From positions 928,001-992,000 of the forward strand of contig CAVVJT010000007.1 of NCBI GenBank assembly GCA_963748625.1: a stretch of 64,000 nucleotides of DNA, written 5' to 3'. Below are positions 9,564-19,329 of the stretch, piece by piece. The notes beneath the pieces were generated by a model that ran no database searches, was not told the origin of the DNA, and saw only the letters and a list, made by a program, of their open reading frames with translations. The number at the start of each line of letters is the position of its first letter. The stretch's first letter is position 1. This DNA is from an uncultured Chloroflexia bacterium. Its GTDB lineage: Bacteria; Chloroflexota; Limnocylindria; Limnocylindrales; CSP1-4. The translations under genes and the position numbers were made by a program.

Positions 9564-9731
9564 CGGGGTTGTCCCTCCAGGTGGCCGGCGGCGGACAACC
9601 CCGTACCGATGGGCTACGTCAGGAGTACTCCTGATGGAGTACGGGCCGCCCGACGTCGGGAGGACTATGGTCCCGGTCCCGAACCGCGGCCAGTCCCCTG
9701 CGGAGACGGACCTGGGAGGGACGACAGCCCC
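9564..9731. promoter_or_regulatory. Cluster of palindromic sites in the divergent mreB/GGDEF intergenic region
   Basis: 11-bp inverted repeat 9564-9574/9593-9603; perfect 16-bp palindrome TCAGGAGTACTCCTGA 9619-9634; AGGACTATGGTCCC 9661-9674 and GGGACGACAGCCCC 9718-9731. Confidence 0.45.
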
Positions 9732-9896
9732 GCGGGCCGTGCGGGCACGGCAGACGGGCCCACGCAGCTGTCGCGAACGCCCGGGCCTCGCGCGCAACCG
9801 ACCCCACACCGGCTGTGACCTAGGGGGAGCGCGGGAGGTCCGGCCGAAGGCGACAACCCGGACCGGTCCCCCGTCCGGACGAATGGTCGTGCACAG

Positions 9897-11342
9897 GTGA
9901 GTGCCCTGATGGACGTCCTGGTCCTGTCTTCGTCGCATCCATCGCGTGGTCGCGGCATACCCGGCGAGCTCCCCGTGGGGAGCCCGCTGTCAGCCCAACG
10001 GCGCTGGTGGGCGGCGCTCGTGCGCCTCGGCGGCCACGGTGGCTCCGTCCCGGGTCCCGTGTCCGGCGCCGTCGCCACGCGCCGCAACCCCCTGCTCGCC
10101 TACACAGGGGCCTCGATCATCCTGGGTCTGGGCATGCTCACCGTGAGCACCGCGATGGTCCCTCTGGGCACGGCGATCGATCCCGGCCTGCCTGGCACCA
10201 CGCTCGCCGGCCCCACGGGCGGGCTGCTGCTGTGGCTGATGTTCGGCCTGCTCGGATCGGTGCGCGTGCTGCGCACGCCTGACGGCGGCCACATCACCTT
10301 CCACATGCCGTTCATCGGCGCGGCCATGATCCTGGGCGGCCCCACCGCCGGAGCGTGGGTCGCATTCCTGTCCACCATCGAGCGCCGGGAGCTGGAGTCG
10401 CAGCCCTGGTACGGCATCCTCGCGAACCACGCCGTGCTCGCCATCGCCGCGGTCCTCGGGGGAATCGTGACCGGTGTCGTGGCGGAGGCGCTGGGCATCG
10501 GCGGTGAGGCGGTTGCCGCCGGCCCCTGGGATGCCGCCACGTTCGTCGCGGCGGGCGCGGGCGCGCTTGTGCTGGCGATCGTGGCCACGGCGATGGGCGC
10601 GGTCACCGTGCTCCTGCGCGACGGGCTCACCAGGCACGCCTTCCTCGAGGCGCTCCTGGGCATGCTGGGCCGGGTCACCGCCCTGGAGATCGGCCTCACC
10701 CTCGTGCTCGCCCTCGCCTTCGTGCAGGTGGGCTGGTGGACACCCGCGCTGATCGGCGCATTCGTGCTCGCGATCTGGGACAACCACCCGATGCCCACGC
10801 CCGACGCGCTGACCGGACTCCAGATCGCCGAGGGGTTCGACCGTCGCCTCGAGACGGGCCTGGGGCGGATGCGCCGCGGCATGACTCCGGGCGCGACGAT
10901 GCTCATGCTGGACCTCGACCTGTTCAAGCGGGTGAACGACAGCTACGGCCACGCCGTGGGCGACGAGGTCTTGCGCGAGATCGGGGTCCGCCTCAAGGGC
11001 CAGGCCCGCCGGACCAACGACATCGCGGGCCGGCTGGGCGGTGACGAGTTCGCGCTCTTCCTGCCGGGCCTGCTGGATCCGGTGACCGCCGTGCGGCGCG
11101 CCCAGGAGGTGCACGACGCCGTCTGCGAGCCGATCGCCACCAGCGTCGGGCCGATCACGGTGGGCGTGTCGGTGGGGGTGCTAGTCATGGAGTCGTGGGG
11201 AGGCGTCCCGTCCGTGGCGGCCGTGCGGAAGCGCGCGGACCAGGCGATGTTCCACGCCAAGCGCGCGGGCACCGGCGTCCACCGCTACAACCCCGATGAG
11301 CCCGCACCGTTCGACGACGAGCGGATCGAGGGTCTGCGCTAG
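9897..11342 (+). CDS. Membrane-anchored diguanylate cyclase (GGDEF)
   Basis: Multiple TM helices, then DALTGL, DLDLFKRVNDSYGHAVGD, RLGGDEF; the true start may lie about 160 nt downstream. Confidence 0.9.
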   Translation: MSALMDVLVLSSSHPSRGRGIPGELPVGSPLSAQRRWWAALVRLGGHGGSVPGPVSGAVATRRNPLLAYTGASIILGLGMLTVSTAMVPLGTAIDPGLPGTTLAGPTGGLLLWLMFGLLGSVRVLRTPDGGHITFHMPFIGAAMILGGPTAGAWVAFLSTIERRELESQPWYGILANHAVLAIAAVLGGIVTGVVAEALGIGGEAVAAGPWDAATFVAAGAGALVLAIVATAMGAVTVLLRDGLTRHAFLEALLGMLGRVTALEIGLTLVLALAFVQVGWWTPALIGAFVLAIWDNHPMPTPDALTGLQIAEGFDRRLETGLGRMRRGMTPGATMLMLDLDLFKRVNDSYGHAVGDEVLREIGVRLKGQARRTNDIAGRLGGDEFALFLPGLLDPVTAVRRAQEVHDAVCEPIATSVGPITVGVSVGVLVMESWGGVPSVAAVRKRADQAMFHAKRAGTGVHRYNPDEPAPFDDERIEGLR

Positions 11343-11376
11343 GCGATGGCTCCCGGCCCACGGGCCGGTCGCACCA

Positions 11377-12552
11377 TCAGCGCCAGTGGACCTGCTCGCC
11401 GTGCTCCCCCATGAGCGGGGCGCCCTCGGCGAACCGCTCGAAACGGAACGGGGAGATGTCCACGCTCGTCGCCGCACCGTCGAGGATCAGCTCGCTCATG
11501 CCCAGGCCGATCGCTGGCGCCGTCTTGAAGCCCGTCCCACTGTGGCCGCAATCGAGGTAGAAGCCGTCCGGTCCCGCCGCGCCGGCCGGCCCGAGGATCG
11601 CGCGCTGGTCGGGCGTGAGGCCATCCTGACCGCTGTGGTCGAAGCGCCAATCACCGTCGATGAGCCCGGGCACGCGGCGGATGATCCGCTCGGTGGCGCG
11701 CTCCGGGAACGTGGGTGCGGCGGCGGCCGTGTCGGCATCGGGTGAGCCGCCCATCTGGTCGTCGTCCTCGAGGCCCACGAGGACCATATCGTCGCCCTCG
11801 GGTCGGAAGTACATCCCGTTGGCGATGTCGATCACGACCGGGACCACGCCCGGCACGGACGCCGGCACGCCCAGCACGCCGGTGTCGTGGCGCCAGACCG
11901 TGATCGGGAGGTCCATGCCCGCGAGGGCACCGACGCGGCCCGCCCAGCCGCCCGCGGCATTGACGATGACGGGGGCGTCGATGTCGCCCTTGGTCGTCTT
12001 CACGCCTGTGACCCGCCCGCCAGCGGTCGTGATCGCGGTGACCTCGGCGTTCTGCCACAGGCGCGCACCCTTGTCCTTGGCCGCGCTGACGAACGCGCTG
12101 CAGGTGAGGTACGGGTCGGCATAGCCCGAATCCGGCTCGTAGGCAGCCACCTCGTCGCCGATCTCCAGGCCGGGGTAGAGGTGCCGGATCTCGTCGGCGG
12201 CGAGCACGCGGGAGTCCACGCCAATGGCGCGGTGCGAGGCGCTGTTGGCGGTCACGCGGTCGAGGCGGTCACCGGCCTCGATCCAGACGAAGCCGGTCCG
12301 GCGGAAGCCGCACTCGTAGCCGACGCGATCGGACCAGTTGAAGAACCACTGCTGGGAGGCCCAGGCGAGCCTCGCTTCAGCGAGGAGGTCGTAGTAGACG
12401 CGGACCAGGCCGGAGCTGCGGCCAGTGGCGCCGGCAGCGAACGATGATCGCTCCACCAGCGCGACCTTGACGCCACGCGAGGCGAGGTGGAAGGCCAGGC
12501 TGGAGCCCTGGACCCCCGCGCCGATGACGATGACGTCCGCCGTGTCCGCCAT
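11377..12552 (-). CDS. FAD-dependent oxidoreductase (DAO/sarcosine oxidase beta-like)
   Basis: VIVIGAGVQG, GATGRSSG, VNAAGGW, TPDQRAILG, GHSGTGFK. Confidence 0.92.
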   Translation of the reverse strand: MADTADVIVIGAGVQGSSLAFHLASRGVKVALVERSSFAAGATGRSSGLVRVYYDLLAEARLAWASQQWFFNWSDRVGYECGFRRTGFVWIEAGDRLDRVTANSASHRAIGVDSRVLAADEIRHLYPGLEIGDEVAAYEPDSGYADPYLTCSAFVSAAKDKGARLWQNAEVTAITTAGGRVTGVKTTKGDIDAPVIVNAAGGWAGRVGALAGMDLPITVWRHDTGVLGVPASVPGVVPVVIDIANGMYFRPEGDDMVLVGLEDDDQMGGSPDADTAAAAPTFPERATERIIRRVPGLIDGDWRFDHSGQDGLTPDQRAILGPAGAAGPDGFYLDCGHSGTGFKTAPAIGLGMSELILDGAATSVDISPFRFERFAEGAPLMGEHGEQVHWR

Positions 12553-12648
12553 GGGTTGCCCTCTCGTGTCGATGCCTGGCCGGTGCCTGTCGCGCTCCGT
12601 CGTGGGCCAGTATCCGCCAGTAGCGTCTCCGCGCGCCCGGAGTTGCGC

Positions 12649-12878
12649 CAGCGGCGTTCTCCGCGGCCATCCTCCCGCCAGGCGGGCCCTGCGTCAGCGG
12701 CGTTCTCCGCGGCCATCCTCCCGCCAGGCGGGCCCTGCGTCAGCGGCGTTCTCCGCGGCCATCCTCCCGCCAGGCGGGCCCTGCGTCAGCGGCGTTCTCC
12801 GCGGCCATCCTCCCGCCAGGCGGGCCCTGCGTCAGCGGCGTTCTCCGCGGCCATCCTCCCGCCAGGCGGGCCCTGCGT
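12649..12878. repeat. Perfect tandem array, 5 x 46 bp (CAGCGGCGTTCTCCGCGGCCATCCTCCCGCCAGGCGGGCCCTGCGT)
   Basis: Units start at 12649, 12695, 12741, 12787 and 12833; each has a CCCGCC-A-GGCGGG inverted repeat; no spacers. Confidence 0.97.
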
Positions 12879-13006
12879 GCACAACTTCGCGCAGTCCTCC
12901 CGCCCAGCGGGCAGCCAAGGCCGGATTCGGCGCAATCCGGGTGCCTCCGCCCGCGTGGCGGCAGATCTGCACAGGATTCTGCAGACAGCGCCCGCTGGGC
13001 GGGAGG
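12877..13006. repeat. Dispersed palindromic element, family 1, copy C (opposite orientation), plus a 17-bp perfect inverted repeat
   Basis: Aligns to the reverse complement of copy A (GTGC..., CCCGCCCAGCGG, TTCGGCGC, GGAT.CTGC); CCTCCCGCCCAGCGGGC 12896-12912 is inverted at 12990-13006. Confidence 0.7.
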
Positions 13007-13072
13007 CCGAGCGCCACACCAGTCGAAGCGAGCGCCAGGCCAGACGATTGGAGCGCCGCGTACCCTTCACCC

Positions 13073-13579
13073 ATGAGCGACCCGACCATCCGCGCCGCCT
13101 ACCCGTCCTGGCCCCTCTACAACCGCCGCCTGCGCGACGCCGTCGCCGGCCTCACCGCGGACCAGCTCGCCTTCCAGCCGTCGGAGGACCGCTGGCCGAC
13201 CTGGGCGACGATCGGCCACCTCGCCTGCCAGCGCGTCTTCTGGCTGTGCGACTTCGCGGACGCGCCGGGCGCCGCGACCTCTCCCTTCCCGGATGCGGGC
13301 AACAACTGCCCGGGTGACGACGACCTCGAGCACGTCCTCTCCGCCGCCGACCTGGCGACCGCGCTCGACGCCACCTTCGCCATCGTCGAGTGGTGCCTGG
13401 ACCACTGGACGGTCGAGGACCTCGCGGCCGAGATCGCGCACCCCGAGTGGGGCGAGGACCGCGTCCACACCCGCGGCTTCTGCCTGGAGCGGGTGTTCGC
13501 CCACGATGTCTCGCACATCGCTGAGCTCAACGAGCTGCTGCGCCTGGCCGGCGCCGGGCAGATCGACCCCTGGGGCTGA
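13073..13579 (+). CDS. DinB family protein
   Basis: MSDPTIRAAY...WATIGHL...VFAHDVSHIAEL His triad; TACCCT -10 hexamer 6 nt before ATG. Confidence 0.85.
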   Translation: MSDPTIRAAYPSWPLYNRRLRDAVAGLTADQLAFQPSEDRWPTWATIGHLACQRVFWLCDFADAPGAATSPFPDAGNNCPGDDDLEHVLSAADLATALDATFAIVEWCLDHWTVEDLAAEIAHPEWGEDRVHTRGFCLERVFAHDVSHIAELNELLRLAGAGQIDPWG

Positions 13580-13782
13580 CGGGGCGGCCGGCCGTCAGTC
13601 GTCCGCAACGATTGTGGTGGCCCGGCGTCTCATGCTGGGGTGGGGCACCCGGTCCCGCGCAGATCACTGGCGAAGGACATGACGCACAGCTCTGGCGACA
13701 GGCCGGCCCGAGCGGGACCATCGGGATCGGCGACGGAGTTGCGGGTCGACAGGCGCGTCCCATTGGGAAAGGCGGCGACCAG

Positions 13783-14274
13783 GTGGTCACTCGATGGCGG
13801 CGGCTCCTCGCCTGCGTCGGAGGCGGCCTGCTGATCGCCGCAGGCATCGTCGGCTGCGAGCGCGCACTCGTCATCCCGTCGGGCGCGCAGACCGTCCACG
13901 CGACGGTCACCCGTGACTCGGTGCGGATCGAACCTGCGACCGTCCATGCGGGCATGGTCTACATCACCGTGGACACGGACGGCTCCGAGCTGGTGTTCAT
14001 CAGCGGGAGCGACGCCGAGAGCGGCGAGGGCGGCCAACCTCGGCTGGGCGGGCTCACGGACGTGCGCCTCGACGCCGTCCTCCACGGCGACCTGGCCGAC
14101 GTCTCCATCGCGTCCGGCTTCCGCAGCGGCGGCGAGCTGGGGAACGCGAGCGAGCTTGGCGAGCTCTCAGTCGGGAAGTACCTCTTCCTGGCTGACGGCA
14201 TCGTGAACCTGGAGCCAAGGGCAAACGACTCCATCCCCCTCGACGCCGTGGCCGTGCTCGAGGTCGTGCCCTGA
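13783..14274 (+). CDS. Hypothetical lipoprotein (possible cupredoxin-like beta fold)
   Basis: GTG start, RWRRLLACVGGGLLIAAGIVGC lipobox; EPATVHAG..GKYLF beta pattern. Confidence 0.65.
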   Translation: MVTRWRRLLACVGGGLLIAAGIVGCERALVIPSGAQTVHATVTRDSVRIEPATVHAGMVYITVDTDGSELVFISGSDAESGEGGQPRLGGLTDVRLDAVLHGDLADVSIASGFRSGGELGNASELGELSVGKYLFLADGIVNLEPRANDSIPLDAVAVLEVVP

Positions 14275-14313
14275 AGACGGCGCCATGCGGATGGCCGGTG
14301 AGCTCCGGAGGGA

Positions 14314-15378
14314 ATGATGTCAGACACAGCGAGAACCACTCCCCAAAGTTCCCCGCATCGGCGCTCGCGCCGTCGATGGATCCTTGTGCTGGTGGTCGGT
14401 GTCGTGGTCGTTGCCGGCGTTGCCTGGGCATCGGCGATCGGCTACATCGCCTCGACCACGCTCATGTACGGCGACGCGGAGAAGCACGGCTGCCCGACAC
14501 CGGCCGAGCAGGGCTGGGCGTACGAGGCCGTCAACTACGACATCGCGCTCGACCAGCGCCTCCCCCTGGACAACCCGGACTGGCTCACGGACTGCCCGAA
14601 CCACGGCGCCGGAACCGCCCGCGACGACGTCGTCTCGTCGGACGGGGTGCGCCTCGCGGGCTGGTACATCCCCTCGGGCGATGGCGATGACGCAACAGCG
14701 CCGACCATCGTCATCGTGCATGGCTGGGGTGTCTCCAAGTCCGACGCATTGCGCTATGCCGTCCCGCTCCACGACGACTGGAACCTGCTCCTCGTCGACA
14801 CCCGGTCCCAGGGCCGGAGCGGCGGCGACTGGATGTCCTTCGGCGTTCGCGAGGTCGAGGACGTCCGCGCGATGGTGGACTGGCTCGAACGCACCAAGGC
14901 CCCGTCGAAGATCGCGATCGTCGGGGACTCCGGGGGCGCTGCGGCTGCCGCCAAGCTGGCTCGGACCGATCCCCGCATCGCCGGTCTCGTGCTCGAGTCG
15001 GCGCATGCGCGCCTGCGCAACGCGCTGGAGCAGAAGTTCGGCGCCGATCCGCTTGGCCAACCGGTCGCGGTCACCGTGCCGATCGGGATGGCGGCCTTCT
15101 GGGTCCGGACGGGCGTCTGGCTCGGGGATGCGGACCCGCTCGACGCGATCGGCGACCTTGGCGACCGGCCACTGGCGATCAGCTACGGGACGCAGGACAC
15201 CACGGACGTCCCGGCGCTGAACGCCCAGGTGCTGAACGACGCGGCCCTCGCTGCCGGGGTGCCGGTCGAGATGCACGCCTGCGAGGGAGCGGGGCACGGG
15301 AAGGTCATCAACACGTGTCCGGACGCCTACCGGGACTGGGTGAACGCGTTCATGGAGCAGGTCTTGGGCGAAGGCTGA
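14314..15378 (+). CDS. Membrane-anchored alpha/beta hydrolase
   Basis: N-terminal TM; DGVRLAGWYIP, VHGWG, GDSGG nucleophile elbow, GTQD, GAGH. Confidence 0.88.
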   Translation: MMSDTARTTPQSSPHRRSRRRWILVLVVGVVVVAGVAWASAIGYIASTTLMYGDAEKHGCPTPAEQGWAYEAVNYDIALDQRLPLDNPDWLTDCPNHGAGTARDDVVSSDGVRLAGWYIPSGDGDDATAPTIVIVHGWGVSKSDALRYAVPLHDDWNLLLVDTRSQGRSGGDWMSFGVREVEDVRAMVDWLERTKAPSKIAIVGDSGGAAAAAKLARTDPRIAGLVLESAHARLRNALEQKFGADPLGQPVAVTVPIGMAAFWVRTGVWLGDADPLDAIGDLGDRPLAISYGTQDTTDVPALNAQVLNDAALAAGVPVEMHACEGAGHGKVINTCPDAYRDWVNAFMEQVLGEG

Positions 15379-15477
15379 TACGGCGGACCATGGCGAAGCA
15401 GGGTGCCGACGCTCGCGGTGGCCTGTCCAGGAGTGGGACGTCGGCCGGAGCACCGCAGGGCCACCGGTCCCGGCTGC

Positions 15478-16236
15478 CTACGCCGCCCGTCGCCGGTCGC
15501 CCGGCCGGTCGAAGCTGACGCCGCGATCCCGCAGCGACACCCACGCGTCGTGGCCGATGACCACGTGATCGAGCACGTCGATGTCGAGCAGGCGGCCGGC
15601 AGCGATCGCCTCCGCGGTGAGGTGGAGGTCGTCCGGCGATGGCGTCGGGTCGCCCGACGGGTGGTTGTGGACGAGGACGACTCCGCTCGCGTCCAGGCGG
15701 ACGGCGTCCCGGAACAGCTCCCCGACGCGCACGAGCGACGCGGAGACATTGCCGGCGTAGCAGGTGGACACGCGTCGCACGACGTTCTTGGCATTGAGCG
15801 CCAGCACGCGCAGCTCCTCGCGCTCGAGACGGCCCATCTCCACCATGAGGCGGTCCGCGACGTCGCGCGGGGAACGGATGACCCACTGGCCGGACGGCCA
15901 GTCCGCGACGGAGCGGCGACCCAGCTCGAACGCGGCGGCAAGCCTGGCCGCCTTCGCCTCGCCGACACCAGGGATCGCGGTCAGCTCCACGTCGGACGCC
16001 CGCGCGAGCGCCGCCACGGACGCATGGCGGGTGAGCGCCTCCTCGGCCAGGTCCATCGCGCTGCGCCCATTGGCGCCGGTGCCCCAGACGACGGCGATCA
16101 GCTCGGCTGCCGACAGGCCGGAGGGACCGCGCAAGGCCAGACGCTCCCGGGGGCGCTCCGCGGCCGGGAGGTCCCGCACGGAGCGCGAGGCCCGAGGGTG
16201 CGAGGGCCGCTCGGGAAACAGGTCGTCGGTTGTCAT
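15478..16236 (-). CDS. radC: RadC/JAB-domain protein
   Basis: ERPRERL, PGVGEAKA (HhH), HNHPSGDPTPSPDD, LDHVVIG. Confidence 0.95.
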   Translation of the reverse strand: MTTDDLFPERPSHPRASRSVRDLPAAERPRERLALRGPSGLSAAELIAVVWGTGANGRSAMDLAEEALTRHASVAALARASDVELTAIPGVGEAKAARLAAAFELGRRSVADWPSGQWVIRSPRDVADRLMVEMGRLEREELRVLALNAKNVVRRVSTCYAGNVSASLVRVGELFRDAVRLDASGVVLVHNHPSGDPTPSPDDLHLTAEAIAAGRLLDIDVLDHVVIGHDAWVSLRDRGVSFDRPGDRRRAA

Positions 16237-16415
16237 AGCCGCGCCTCGGGTGGGCGGCGGAATGGTCTGGTGTCCCCGGGCCCGGACGACGGAAGCCCGC
16301 CGATTCCCCCCGCCGTCCGGACCCTGAGGACACGACGAAGACTACGGATGCCCGCTTATGGCCGGCTCACACCGGACTTCGCGCCAACTTTGGCCGCGTC
16401 CACGGCGAGCCGGCC

Positions 16416-17510
16416 CTACTGCAGCGAGGACGCGGCCGCGTAGGCCAGCAGCACCTGGAGCCCGTTGAACGCGGCGTGCAGGCCGATCGGCGCCCACAGC
16501 GACCGGCGCGCCAGGAAGACCCAGCCCAGCACCACCGCCACCGGCAGGAGCGCCACGAACGAGAAGAGCGCGCGCTGGATCCCCTCTGCGAAGGACGCAT
16601 CGAACAGCGTCACCACGTGGGCGAACGCGAAGAACACGGCACCCCGGATGATCGCGGGTCGGGCGCCGTACGCCCGCGCCCATGCCGTCGTGGTGAAGCC
16701 GCGGAAGAACAGCTCCTCGCCCAGGGGCGCCAGGATCGCCGCGGCGGCAAGGTTCAGCAGCAGGCCGCCGGCGTCCACCGACGGCGGCAGCGGTGACGGC
16801 GGCGGGGTGAGGAACACGCTCAGCACGAGGCTCAGCGCGATCGTCATCACGAGCACCGGGACCGCGAGGACCGCGCCCACCGCGAGCTCGCGCAGGGCGG
16901 CGGCCGCCGGCTGGCCGAGGCCCATGTCACGCCAGGTCAGCGCCCCCTGGGACACCACGAAGGTGCGGATGACGAAGACGTAGACCAGGGCGGTGATCGC
17001 GAGCGACAGCGTGGTGGCCGCCGGCGCCGACGCATCCAGGCCGATCGCCGAGAGGGGGGCCAGCACCACGACCGTCAGCAGCAGCGTGATCACCACGATC
17101 GTGACGAATGCCAGGACCGGCGACGGTCCCCTGTAGGCGAGATCGGTCCGGCTCGACCGCTCCACCGCCTGGGACCCGGTGGCGGCCATGAGGCCCAGCG
17201 AGAGCGCGACGATGCCGAGCAGGAACAGCCAGCGCGCGGCACCCGATCCCGAGCCGGCCGCACCGATGGAGACGAAGACCGCGCCACCGCCGATCAGCGT
17301 GAGCAGCCAGGCGACGAGGTAGAGGCCGGGGACGCGTCGGCCCTCGAGCGAGAAGATGCCCGGCGTGGCAGGCGAGGCCGGGGGCGCGTCGGGCTTGTCG
17401 CGCGTATCGGGCGCGTCGCGCGTGTCGGGCGCATCCCGCGTGTCGAGCGCGGCGGGCGCCGGGTCGTCGGCAGGCGAGGCCGGGGGCGCGTCGGGCTGGA
17501 GGTCGTCCAC
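16416..17510 (-). CDS. CPBP (Abi/CAAX type II) intramembrane metalloprotease
   Basis: APLGEELFFRG, FAFAH, PIGLHAAFN; low-complexity DTRDAP-repeat N-terminus; start approximate. Confidence 0.88.
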   Translation of the reverse strand: MDDLQPDAPPASPADDPAPAALDTRDAPDTRDAPDTRDKPDAPPASPATPGIFSLEGRRVPGLYLVAWLLTLIGGGAVFVSIGAAGSGSGAARWLFLLGIVALSLGLMAATGSQAVERSSRTDLAYRGPSPVLAFVTIVVITLLLTVVVLAPLSAIGLDASAPAATTLSLAITALVYVFVIRTFVVSQGALTWRDMGLGQPAAAALRELAVGAVLAVPVLVMTIALSLVLSVFLTPPPSPLPPSVDAGGLLLNLAAAAILAPLGEELFFRGFTTTAWARAYGARPAIIRGAVFFAFAHVVTLFDASFAEGIQRALFSFVALLPVAVVLGWVFLARRSLWAPIGLHAAFNGLQVLLAYAAASSLQ

Positions 17511-17556
17511 CGGACGCCCGGTCAGCGAGTCCTCGGATGCTCCCCGGGTCGGTCGG

Positions 17557-18171
17557 TCAAGGCTCCGGGGTCTGGCCCGAGCCACTCGAGGCCGAGCGCG
17601 GGCCCGATGTCCCGCGAGCCCGTGCGGCGATCCGCGACTGGACGGACGGCTGCTCGCGCCCGCCGGGGATCGCCTCGTAGGCGGCGAGGTCAACGCGCTC
17701 GAAGTCCTTGCCGCACCATGCGCAGAGCGACCAGTCGAGGCCCACGAGACGCCCGCAGTTGGCGCACACACGGTTGAGGCGGGTCCGGCAGGAGGGGCAG
17801 ATGATCCACTCGTCGTGGATCCGCCTGTGGCATGCCGGGCACGTCCTGATCTGCTCGACCTCGGCGAGGAGCGCCTCCTCCGCGAGGTTGCGCTCGTAGA
17901 CCTCGCCGATCTTCTCGTGCGGGCGCACGATCCGATACACGATGATCCCGAACACGAACAGGACCGGCGTGAACAGCACGATGAGCGCCGCCGCCAGGTA
18001 CGGGAGGATCGGGTTCTCGGACCGGAGCTGCATGTCGCGGAAGGCCCAGTAGGCGGCCGCGAGCCACAGGATCACGAAGTAGACGGCAATCGACTGGATT
18101 GCGAACTGGACGATCGGGCTGGCGAAGAAGCCGCCGATCGTCTCGCCGATCGTATTGAGGATCTCGTCCAT
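17557..18171 (-). CDS. Membrane protein with double zinc ribbon (DZR)
   Basis: Two TM helices, then CPAC-ICPSC-CANC-CAWCG. Confidence 0.85.
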   Translation of the reverse strand: MDEILNTIGETIGGFFASPIVQFAIQSIAVYFVILWLAAAYWAFRDMQLRSENPILPYLAAALIVLFTPVLFVFGIIVYRIVRPHEKIGEVYERNLAEEALLAEVEQIRTCPACHRRIHDEWIICPSCRTRLNRVCANCGRLVGLDWSLCAWCGKDFERVDLAAYEAIPGGREQPSVQSRIAARARGTSGPRSASSGSGQTPEP

Positions 18172-18312
18172 GCGGGAGTGTGCGGCCTCCGGGAAGGGGC
18201 GGAAGGCGCCGTCGGCGCGTCCGGGAGTGTAACAGGAGGGCACGTCGCGCCCCTGCCGTCGTGCTCACGTCAGCGGGTGACGACCGGGAGGGCGCCGACG
18301 TGACGTCCCTGT

Positions 18313-19287
18313 TCAAGGGCCGGTACGGGGGCCGTCGCCGGATCCCTGCACCTCACGCGGCACCGCGATCATCGTCCAGGCGGACGCCCTCACGCCCGTG
18401 GCCACGGATGCAAGCACGAGACTGCCCAGCCAGATGGCCACCCAGACCAGCACAGCAGCAATCGCGATGAGCGGCCCACGCTCCTCGACCAGGATGTCGC
18501 GTACCCGGGTCCAGCCGATCGCCGCCGCCACCAGCGACGGCCCAAGCAGGAACGCCACCAGCAACTGGCCGCCGATCGCCGTCCCGAGCACCCTGAGCGG
18601 CCGGCGGACGACCTCGTACCAGCCAAGGACCCACGCCGCACCCACGCTCCGGCGCTCCAGCACGAGGCGCCGCACGCCCATCGCCGCCGCGGCATCCGCG
18701 AGCAGCCACACGAGCAGCAGTGCGGCCAGGTGGAATGGCATCGCCCCGACGATCCGGACCGGCAGCGGCGTCAGCAGGTCGTCGGGGAGGACGAGCTCGC
18801 GATAGACCACGTCGTACACGTGCTGTGCCGAGAGGGCCATCACCACGACCACCGGACCCAGGGCAAGCAGTCGGATCACCGTCACGCGGAGGGTTCCGGG
18901 CGCCCCCTCGAGCGAGATCGCCTCGAGCGCGCCCTCGTCGGCAGCGGCCTCGAGCGTCACGCCGATCCCGTACCGCTCCGCCCATGCGCCCAGGATCACG
19001 GCACCGGTCACCAGCGCGAACCCGCCGAGCGTCCCGATGGCCGCCAGCAGGACCAGGCCCATCGTTGGCACGCCGAACACGAGGGTCGTCAACGGCGCTC
19101 CGAGCATGGTCTGGATGCCCGTGGGCGTGGGCAGCACGAGGATCGGCCAGCCGACCACCACGAGGCCGCCGCCGGCGAGGAAGCCGAGCAGGCCCAGGGC
19201 CCACGCGAGCGGACGCACGAGCGTGGCGACGATCGCCGTCGCCCATGCCTCGCCGATGGGGAGCCGCCGCGCGGCGGCCCCGGTCAC
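18313..19287 (-). CDS. Hypothetical integral membrane protein
   Basis: Multiple hydrophobic helices; in an operon downstream of UPF0182. Confidence 0.75.
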   Translation of the reverse strand: MTGAAARRLPIGEAWATAIVATLVRPLAWALGLLGFLAGGGLVVVGWPILVLPTPTGIQTMLGAPLTTLVFGVPTMGLVLLAAIGTLGGFALVTGAVILGAWAERYGIGVTLEAAADEGALEAISLEGAPGTLRVTVIRLLALGPVVVVMALSAQHVYDVVYRELVLPDDLLTPLPVRIVGAMPFHLAALLLVWLLADAAAAMGVRRLVLERRSVGAAWVLGWYEVVRRPLRVLGTAIGGQLLVAFLLGPSLVAAAIGWTRVRDILVEERGPLIAIAAVLVWVAIWLGSLVLASVATGVRASAWTMIAVPREVQGSGDGPRTGP

Positions 19288-19329
19288 GGTGTCGCCGAAG
19301 CCCCGGTCACGGTGTCGCCGAAGCCCCGG
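19277..19329. repeat. 23-bp tandem duplication spanning the UPF0182 stop and the next start (GCCCCGGTCACGGTGTCGCCGAA x2)
   Basis: Copies at 19277-19299 and 19300-19322, plus 7 nt of a third. Confidence 0.9.

Noticed and set aside
9820-9880. SRP RNA or glycine/c-di-GMP riboswitch
   Set aside because: Only fragmentary resemblance (GGTCCGG, GCCGAAGG); the conserved cores are absent
12649-12878. Possible CRISPR array (46-bp palindromic repeats)
   Set aside because: Units are head-to-tail with no unique spacers, and there are no cas genes in the window
15478-16236. radC as a marker of a mobile element
   Set aside because: Full-length HhH-containing chromosomal type with no integrase or mobility genes nearby
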